Sequence record: NZ_CP136144.1
Origin: a plasmid
Reading direction: 5' to 3' (one strand)
Length of the DNA stretch: 24,484 nucleotides
The position numbers and the translations under genes were made by a program. Shown one piece after another: positions 19,751 through 24,484 of this stretch (position 1 is the first letter of the stretch; every line of letters begins with the position of its first letter). Under the pieces are notes generated by a model. That model did no database searches. It was not told the origin of the DNA and saw only the letters and a program-made list of their open reading frames with translations.

Positions 19751-20023
19751 TCAGCTAAGGTTGCTCTGTTCAGGTTGCTGAGTGTAGCCTTCCATGCCCT
19801 GACGGGCATCAAAAAGCCAGCGCCGGAAGTTACTCATTCTTTCAAGGTTAGCTTTGCTTGGTTTTTTGCCACGATTACCACTTAATATCCGCCATACTCG
19901 TATTCCTGCTTTATTAGTCCAGTGCAGAACAATTTCTCCTTTGCTGTTAAAAGCAAGAGAAAAACGTACAGCGCCTTGCCGCAACTCTCCACTGACAAAG
20001 GACACAAAATCAGATTTTGTCAT
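19751..20023 (-). CDS. Hypothetical protein, 90 aa
   Basis: GGAGG 6 nt upstream of the ATG. Follows the 48-aa ORF by 16 nt. Confidence 0.45.
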   Translation of the reverse strand: MTKSDFVSFVSGELRQGAVRFSLAFNSKGEIVLHWTNKAGIRVWRILSGNRGKKPSKANLERMSNFRRWLFDARQGMEGYTQQPEQSNLS

Positions 20024-20039
20024 AAAGCCTCCGGTTTAT

Positions 20040-20186
20040 TTATCTGTTCTCTTTTGTGTCTTTTTTTTCCAGTGCTTTTCTGAGTAATGCCATATACTCA
20101 GGAAAGACATGGAATGGCATCAAAGGGAAAACCGGACGCCCACCCTTTTCAACGTCATTTATTGCTGATAATATGCGTTCCGACAT
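20040..20186 (-). CDS. Hypothetical small protein, ~48 aa (MSERILSAINDVEKGG...)
   Basis: AGGA RBS before the internal ATG at 20186. The track ORF starts further upstream, inside the palindrome. Confidence 0.35.
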   Translation of the reverse strand: MSERILSAINDVEKGGRPVFPLMPFHVFPEYMALLRKALEKKDTKENR

Positions 20187-20216
20187 TTTATTCCTCGCAA
20201 CAGAATCAAGTGTCAC

Positions 20217-20245
20217 GGTATCAGGTTGCCCCACAACCTGATACC
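20217..20245. promoter_or_regulatory. Perfect 12-bp inverted repeat GGTATCAGGTTG-ccccA-CAACCTGATACC (operator or leader hairpin)
   Basis: Seen directly. Lies between the 59-aa and 48-aa genes and is not followed by a U-tract. Confidence 0.4.
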
Positions 20246-20255
20246 ATCTTTATCT

Positions 20256-20435
20256 TTACTTTATTAACTTCTCAATTGCTTCTTTTTTTGCTTTCTCCTG
20301 TTCTGATGGTGGGTATGCAAGGTCATACCAGTTATCAATACAACGAATAACTCTTTCTTTAGATAATCCACATTGCTCAAACCAAAATTTTATATTTCGG
20401 TTTAATGATGCTTTTGCGCTAAACTCTCTTTCCAT
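20256..20435 (-). CDS. Hypothetical small protein, 59 aa (MEREFSAKASLNRNIKFWFEQCGLSKERVIRCIDNWYDLAYPPSEQEKAKKEAIEKLIK)
   Basis: Manually translated. Below the track's 60-aa cut-off. Weak RBS. Confidence 0.3.
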   Translation of the reverse strand: MEREFSAKASLNRNIKFWFEQCGLSKERVIRCIDNWYDLAYPPSEQEKAKKEAIEKLIK

Positions 20436-20454
20436 TTTCAGACCTTTACTAAAA

Positions 20455-20469
20455 GGGGGAATATCCCCC
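20455..20469 (-). terminator. Rho-independent terminator GGGGGATATTCCCCC + TTTTT (minus strand) for the 109-aa gene
   Basis: Perfect 5-bp GC stem with 5-nt loop and T5 on the minus strand, 9 nt after the stop at 20478. Confidence 0.6.
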
Positions 20470-20477
20470 CTGATTAA

Positions 20478-20807
20478 TTAGTAGTAAGAAGAAAATCGAT
20501 GTTTTTCTTCCGGTAGAGTTTTATACGCAGTTTCAAAATCTTCGATTTTGATTGCCAGCTCATCACCAAAATCTTTTATCTGGCGCTTAAAACATTCACC
20601 AGTAAAATCATTTAAAACGGGAGTTTTAAAGCCGACCATTGAATCGGTATATTCTGAATTAGCGCGAATCTCGCGAACGGTGACGGTTTTTTTACCGTGA
20701 ACGGAAAGAACCTGGTAGAAGGTTACATTGGTTTGCTCATAGCCCCATGATGATACAAAGACATCACCAACAGAGACAGTATCATTTTTAAAAGTTAATA
20801 CTTTCAT
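20478..20807 (-). CDS. Hypothetical protein, 109 aa
   Basis: ATG preceded by GGGAG, within the conserved leader cassette. No family recognised. Confidence 0.5.
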   Translation of the reverse strand: MKVLTFKNDTVSVGDVFVSSWGYEQTNVTFYQVLSVHGKKTVTVREIRANSEYTDSMVGFKTPVLNDFTGECFKRQIKDFGDELAIKIEDFETAYKTLPEEKHRFSSYY

Positions 20808-20900
20808 TTTTAGCTCCCGCCCGTTTGGGCAACTGGATCATGGTAAGGAACTATTCCTGACCTACAAACAAATTATACCATCAAATGATGGTAATGCAAT
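20808..20900 (-). promoter_or_regulatory. Promoter/operator/leader cassette copy 1: -35 TTGCAT, 16-nt spacer containing palindrome TACCATCAAATGATGGTA, -10 TATAAT, then conserved leader cccaaacgggcgggagc
   Basis: Read on the minus strand. ~85% identical to 22549-22642. Confidence 0.55.
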
Positions 20901-21143
20901 TTATTTAGTCTCTTTATTCTGATTTTTTTCTCGCTTTACTAGCTGGTAATCGGGATGTTCATCAGCCAGGAGCAAAAGTAATTCATACGTACCAGCGGCT
21001 AGACCGCGAGATGTTTTGCCGGATGTTTCTTTGGCCTGCCAGGCTGATAACGAAAAACCAAACCGTTTAGCGGCTTCCTGCTGCGTAAAGCCAGCTTTGA
21101 TACGAGCTTGTTTCACCTCTTCAGGTGTGGGTTTAAAACTCAT
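20901..21143 (-). CDS. XRE-family helix-turn-helix DNA-binding protein, 80 aa
   Basis: TQQEAAKRFGFSLSAWQAKETSGK HTH. Last gene of a three-gene operon with overlapping stop/start codons. Confidence 0.55.
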   Translation of the reverse strand: MSFKPTPEEVKQARIKAGFTQQEAAKRFGFSLSAWQAKETSGKTSRGLAAGTYELLLLLADEHPDYQLVKREKNQNKETK

Positions 21144-21414
21144 GATTTAGTACCTTCACAATAGTATCTGTATAGAATTGCAATAAAATTGGATCATCAA
21201 TTTCATCTTTAACGTTACAGAATTCTTCATAATAAAATGATTTATGGAAAACAACCTTTTTAGTTGTTTTTTTATCCGCTTCTTTAGAGCGAACTTTCAT
21301 TAGTTTTTCAAGTTCAATAAACAAACGTGTTGCATCTTCAGACACAACAATCCTGTATGTTACATTACCTTTATTTTTCCTGTCGCTCAGGACTTCATTC
21401 ATCTTTTGCCTCAT
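21133..21414 (-). CDS. Hypothetical protein, 93 aa
   Basis: Overlaps the upstream gene by ATGA and the downstream gene by 11 nt (translationally coupled). Confidence 0.45.
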   Translation of the reverse strand: MRQKMNEVLSDRKNKGNVTYRIVVSEDATRLFIELEKLMKVRSKEADKKTTKKVVFHKSFYYEEFCNVKDEIDDPILLQFYTDTIVKVLNHEF

Positions 21415-21977
21415 AGCTGTTTAATAAACCCCGCTACCTTTATGAGCTGATCCACACTCAGGCCACGTATTACCATTTCAAAACCGCCGCCCCGTTCTGA
21501 CACGTTACCATCTAACCCATTCTCAACTTTAAAACCGGTCAATGTCCCATGCCAGCTATCAAGACGTATTAAACGAGATAGCATTCCTTTCAGAATTTGC
21601 GTTTGCTCCCGTTTTTTTTGTAACTGCCTTTCATATTCCATTGCCTTCTCTACATTTTCGAAAGCATCTGTCAGGATTTTCTTTTCAATATCGGCGGCAA
21701 TTTCTACAGGGTTACGTTCTGGCGATACAGTGCAAGTATGGTAAGGACTTCGCCAACTTCGACTATCTACGCTTCCAATGATAACTAACCTTCCCTTCTC
21801 CATTCGAATATGTATAGAGTAATTTTTATACTGAGGCGAGGTTAGTTTTATCCTGTACTGGCAATCATCGAGCAGGTTTACACGCCAGCCGTTCCCCAGG
21901 ATTCGACATACGATTTCAAAAACGGGTTGATACCGTTCAAAAAACTTATCGTTTTGCATATTCCTCCCAACTGACAC
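21411..21977 (-). CDS. Hypothetical protein, 188 aa
   Basis: GGGAGGAAT ATG. First gene of the operon. No family recognised. Confidence 0.5.
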   Translation of the reverse strand: MSVGRNMQNDKFFERYQPVFEIVCRILGNGWRVNLLDDCQYRIKLTSPQYKNYSIHIRMEKGRLVIIGSVDSRSWRSPYHTCTVSPERNPVEIAADIEKKILTDAFENVEKAMEYERQLQKKREQTQILKGMLSRLIRLDSWHGTLTGFKVENGLDGNVSERGGGFEMVIRGLSVDQLIKVAGFIKQL

Positions 21978-22009
21978 CTTCGTTATTTAGTGAACATATT
22001 TATAATAAT

Positions 22010-22029
22010 AAGGGGCTTTCGCCCCCTTC
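22010..22029 (-). terminator. Stem-loop GGGGGCGAAAGCCCC followed by TTATTATTAT (minus strand), downstream of the J-domain gene
   Basis: 5-6 bp GC stem immediately after the stop at 22033. Confidence 0.45.
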
Positions 22030-22032
22030 TGG

Positions 22033-22548
22033 TTACGCTCTGGTTTCCACTTGTTGCCATCCCGTCGCCCTGCGCTGTCCGGTCGAACCATATTTTGCGC
22101 GGATTTCCTCTATCGTGTGTTCTTCACGGTTCCAGTAACTTTTATGTTCTTCCGGACGATAAAACCATTGTTTTTTCTTTGCGGCCCATTTACACCCGAT
22201 TTCTTTTAACGTTTCTTTATGAGTAATGGTTTCACCACTAATCCATACCCAATTACCAATAACTTCATAGACAATTCCAGTCAGGCCGGAAAGAGTATTC
22301 AAAACTTTTTCCAGATCTTCACCGTAGTTGTAACGTGCGTTTTCATCAGTGCTTTGAAACTGATTAATTTTGTCAATGTTAGCCATGAGAAAATCAAACG
22401 CAGCGTTAACTGCTTTCATCAGTTCGGCACCCAGTGGATTACGATCTGGATGATATTTTAAAGCCGCTTTTCTGTAGGCCGCCTTGATGTCCTTTTCAGT
22501 CAGATCGCCGGATAAACCAAAAATGTTTAATGCTTCCTGAATATTCAT
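22033..22548 (-). CDS. J-domain (DnaJ N-terminal domain) protein, 171 aa
   Basis: MNIQEALNIFGLSGDLTEKDIKAAYRKAALKYHPDRNPLGAELMKAVNAAFDFL, with the HPD motif. C-terminal ~100 aa unrecognised. True start at 22548 (the track ORF extends upstream through the leader). Confidence 0.65.
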   Translation of the reverse strand: MNIQEALNIFGLSGDLTEKDIKAAYRKAALKYHPDRNPLGAELMKAVNAAFDFLMANIDKINQFQSTDENARYNYGEDLEKVLNTLSGLTGIVYEVIGNWVWISGETITHKETLKEIGCKWAAKKKQWFYRPEEHKSYWNREEHTIEEIRAKYGSTGQRRATGWQQVETRA

Positions 22549-22642
22549 TTTTCGCTCCCGCCCGTTTGGGCTGCTGGAATCTGGCAGGGAACCATTCCCA
22601 ACCAACAAACTCATCATACCATCATATGATGGTATGGCAAGT
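22549..22642 (-). promoter_or_regulatory. Promoter/operator/leader cassette copy 2: -35 TTGCCA, 16-nt spacer with perfect 20-bp palindrome ATACCATCATATGATGGTAT, -10 TATGAT, conserved leader and GGGAG RBS
   Basis: Homologous to 20808-20900. Confidence 0.55.
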
Positions 22643-22897
22643 TTTTTATGCCCGTCAGGGCATGGAAGGCGACACACCAGACGCCGAATAGAATTGCCAT
22701 TCCCGAATCGCCGGAAACAAACCAGCTTAATTAAGATCAGGGACATCCCCCCTCCCTGCAAAGCCCATTACCGGACTAACAACACGCAATTAGCCTTTCG
22801 CAGTTAGCGCGTAAGCTTGCGAACGGTACGCCGTGACGGTGTGTAGCATCTGCGCGTCTGAGCGGCTGCAGCCGCGAATTACGGGGCGGGTTTCAGT

Positions 22898-23179
22898 TCA
22901 GCGCATATCTGCAATCTGATAAACTTCGCTGCTTTCCCTTCTTCCAACAGCAATAACGAGTAAAACGACTTTCTCATCAATGACTTGATATACAAGTCTG
23001 TAGCCAGATGCACGAAGTTTGATTTTATAGCGATCAGCATGACCATGTAACCGGGCTGCGGGTACGCGTGGATTTTCCAGCCGTTCTGCCAGCTTCTTTT
23101 TGAATTGTTCACGGATGGTGTGGCCGAGTTTCTGCCATTCCTTCAGTGCTCTGCGGTCAAAAGCCAGTTCATAGGTCAT
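22898..23179 (-). CDS. relE: RelE/ParE-family toxin (RelE/StbE-like), 93 aa
   Basis: MTYELAFDRRALKEWQKLGHTIREQFKKKLAERL...YKIKLRASGYRLVYQVIDEKVVLLVIAVGRRESSEVY. Very close to my recollection of E. coli RelE. Confidence 0.8.
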   Translation of the reverse strand: MTYELAFDRRALKEWQKLGHTIREQFKKKLAERLENPRVPAARLHGHADRYKIKLRASGYRLVYQVIDEKVVLLVIAVGRRESSEVYQIADMR

Positions 23180-23420
23180 CCAGGTTAACCTTCACAATTT
23201 CCGGGTTTTTCATGCGCTCATCAGCAACAGCGTTTAACTCAGCATCTTCAGCGAGTTCCCGATAGTAGGCGTAAAGTTTTGGTGGAACGCAATAGAACGC
23301 CGGTTCGTTTCGGTTCAGGATCGCAACAGCGTCCCCTTCACCTTCAGCTACGGTTCCCATAGGATTTTTTTTCAGGTCAGTAATACTGGCCGCTGTGGTT
23401 GTCAGAATTTGATAGCTCAT
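23169..23420 (-). CDS. relB: Antitoxin (RelB/StbD / Phd-YefM-like), 83 aa
   Basis: Overlaps the toxin gene by 11 nt and is upstream of it. Small acidic protein. Confidence 0.65.
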   Translation of the reverse strand: MSYQILTTTAASITDLKKNPMGTVAEGEGDAVAILNRNEPAFYCVPPKLYAYYRELAEDAELNAVADERMKNPEIVKVNLDDL

Positions 23421-23830
23421 AAGTCCTCCGCTTGTCTTATTGGCATAATAGCATCTTTAAAAGTACTCTTAAAAGTGCTTGTGTTGAGAAAAACATCAGA
23501 ACAGGTGAGGTATGGCTCTTTCCGACATCGCCTTAAAACGCTCTGTAACGCGTTCTGAGCGTTTTTTCCCGTTTCGTTATAGTCAGCTACGGTTTAACGG
23601 TTTTTAACGCCGCTCAACGCTTTTTAGCGGCCTTGTTGCTGTGATCTGTTGCCATGATCCGGATAGGAGTTCAATCTTGATCAAAATTTCCTCAAGGCAA
23701 CGACTGTTTTGTAAATACCCTCTAAAACGCGCTGTATCGCATTCTGAGCGATTTTTTCGATTTCACATGGTTTTCCTCATGGTTACATCGAACAAAGCGT
23801 TAGAAAGCGATTCAGGGCTTCTCAGTGAAA

Positions 23831-23865
23831 GATCCAAAAAGGATCAATCAACGGATCGTATGATC
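23831..23865. promoter_or_regulatory. GATC cluster (4 Dam sites in 35 bp, ~8-12 bp spacing)
   Basis: GATC at 23831, 23842, 23854 and 23862. A further 3 GATC lie at 23643-23682. Confidence 0.4.
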
Positions 23866-23894
23866 TGAACTCTTCTGGTTTTGAGAAAGGAGAC

Positions 23895-23951
23895 ACCGCT
23901 CGCCGCAGCCGAACGACCGAGCGTAGCGAGTTAGTGAGCGAGGAAGCGGAA
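23895..23951. other. ~57-bp segment near-identical to ColE1/pMB1 (pBR322/pUC) sequence lying between ori and bom
   Basis: accgctcgccgcagccgaacgaccgagcgtagcgagttagtgagcgaggaagcggaa, against the recalled pUC/pBR322 ...ccgctcgccgcagccgaacgaccgagcgcagcgagtcagtgagcgaggaagcggaag. Confidence 0.45.
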
Positions 23952-24062
23952 CAGCACAGGGATAACATCAGGCAATTACGCGCAGTGGTTAAAAAGCGAG
24001 CATATTGTTTTTATGTGTGGTTGTCCTGGTTCAGAGTGATCTGTCCTCCGGGTTTACGCAAA

Positions 24063-24071
24063 GTTATCCAC
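24063..24071 (+). promoter_or_regulatory. DnaA box TTATCCACA (consensus), with a second near-consensus TGTATCCACA at 24293-24302
   Basis: Exact 9-mer match. The two boxes flank the AT-rich block and iteron array. Confidence 0.55.
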
Positions 24072-24162
24072 AGGCTCTGTGCATTTAAAAAACTTATCTT
24101 TTCTTCTTGATCTTAAAAACTTAAAAACTTAGAGAGCCGTAACCTCATGAAAAACATAATAA

Positions 24163-24294
24163 AAAAACGCTAAAGTTGAGAGGATTTTTAACATAAGTTG
24201 AGAAGATTTTTAAGTAAGGTTGAGAAGATTTTTAACTAAAGATGAGAGGATTTTTAAGTAAGGTTGAGAAGATTTTTAACTAAAGATGAGAGGA
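24163..24294. repeat. Six tandem 22-bp iterons (aRgWtgagaRgatttttaaSNN): gamma-origin-like Rep-binding array
   Basis: Units at 24163, 24185, 24207, 24229, 24251 and 24273. Units 3-4 are repeated exactly as 5-6. Preceded by AT-rich block 24100-24160. Confidence 0.85.
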
Positions 24295-24391
24295 TTTTTA
24301 AGTGTATCCACAGATTTAAAAAAGATCATGAAAAACATAATGTTATGAATTCATTTTAATGTGAATACATAAAGATCTTTATATCTAAAGG

Positions 24392-24441
24392 TGATAAGCT
24401 TTTTAAGAAAAGGTTGTAGTTTGTAGTTGATATACAACCTT
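24392..24441. promoter_or_regulatory. pir promoter-operator: iteron-like half-site GATAAGCTTTTTAAG plus inverted repeat AAGGTTGTA-N14-TACAACCTT
   Basis: 13/15 match to the iteron core. IR arms begin with the iteron's AAGGTTG. Lies 45-90 bp upstream of the pir ATG (circular). Confidence 0.45.
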
Positions 24442-24484
24442 TCAGGGGTTATCATTTAGTCAATTGATATGGCTTATTCTATAT

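Noticed and set aside
22863-22876. Perfect 14-bp palindrome GCGGCTGCAGCCGC downstream of relE, considered as a terminator
   Set aside because: No U-tract follows it on the minus strand. It may be a protein-binding site or coincidence.
24163-24294. Regularly spaced 22-bp direct repeats that could be mistaken for a CRISPR array
   Set aside because: The repeats are contiguous with no unique spacers. They lie between DnaA boxes and an AT-rich block directly upstream of a Rep (pi) gene.

Overview
This 24.5-kb window reads as part or all of an IncX-type (R6K-like) iteron plasmid carrying an acquired multidrug-resistance island, rather than a chromosomal segment. All of the following was read by eye from the sequence and ORF track, with no searches run.

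- **Replication module.** The window ends with a gamma-origin-like region: a DnaA box, an AT-rich block and six tandem 22-bp iterons at 24163-24294. This is followed by an iteron-like pir operator and then pir itself (pi initiator, 1-870), a homologous bis-like Rep paralog (875-1726) and a small membrane ORF.
- **Putative oriT copies.** Two near-identical ~105-bp segments in inverted orientation (2211-2315 and 19423-19527) each contain an imperfect palindrome plus the promoter/RBS of an inward-reading gene. One lies directly upstream of a MobC-like accessory gene and MOB-P/Q-type relaxase (taxA/taxC-like, 17711-19425). This parallels the paired inverted oriTs reported for R6K.
- **Maintenance block.**
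  - An orphan 354-aa ParA-family ATPase (3204-4268) flanked by ~36-bp direct repeats.
  - A TP228-type partition module: parG, parF and a GAGT/ACTC-box centromere-like array (4692-5790).
  - A divergent serine resolvase (5889-6533).
  - A 27-aa DinQ-like type I toxin ORF (6682-6765, minus strand) next to two ~37-bp repeated sRNA-like elements and a bidirectional terminator.
- **Resistance island (7.9-17 kb).**
  - A complete Tn2/Tn3-family transposon (7887-12845) with tnpA, res, tnpR and blaTEM-1.
  - The transposon abuts a truncated IS91-family (ISCR2-like) transposase remnant, followed by intact strB, strA and sul2.
  - An IS26 (16214-17033) lacks target-site duplications and truncates an actX-like NusG/RfaH-family gene.
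- **Small-gene cluster between the relaxase-proximal oriT copy and the origin (19.5-23.4 kb).** All genes here are on the minus strand, transcribed toward that oriT copy.
  - Two genes, a 109-aa ORF and a 171-aa J-domain protein, carry near-identical ~95-bp promoter/leader cassettes. In each, a palindromic operator (TACCATCAWATGATGGTA) sits between the -35 and -10.
  - A three-gene operon: 188 aa, 93 aa, and an 80-aa XRE-type HTH protein.
  - A relBE/stbDE-like toxin-antitoxin pair.
  - Several hairpin terminators.
- **Other signals.** Dense GATC clusters at 17504-17638 and 23831-23865, and a ~57-bp ColE1/pMB1-like segment near the origin.

The most novel-looking candidates are the shared-operator regulon with the J-domain protein, the uncharacterised three-gene operon, the orphan ParA flanked by direct repeats, and the DinQ-like toxin with repeated sRNA-like elements. 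Refined start and boundary coordinates were counted by hand and may be off by a few nt.
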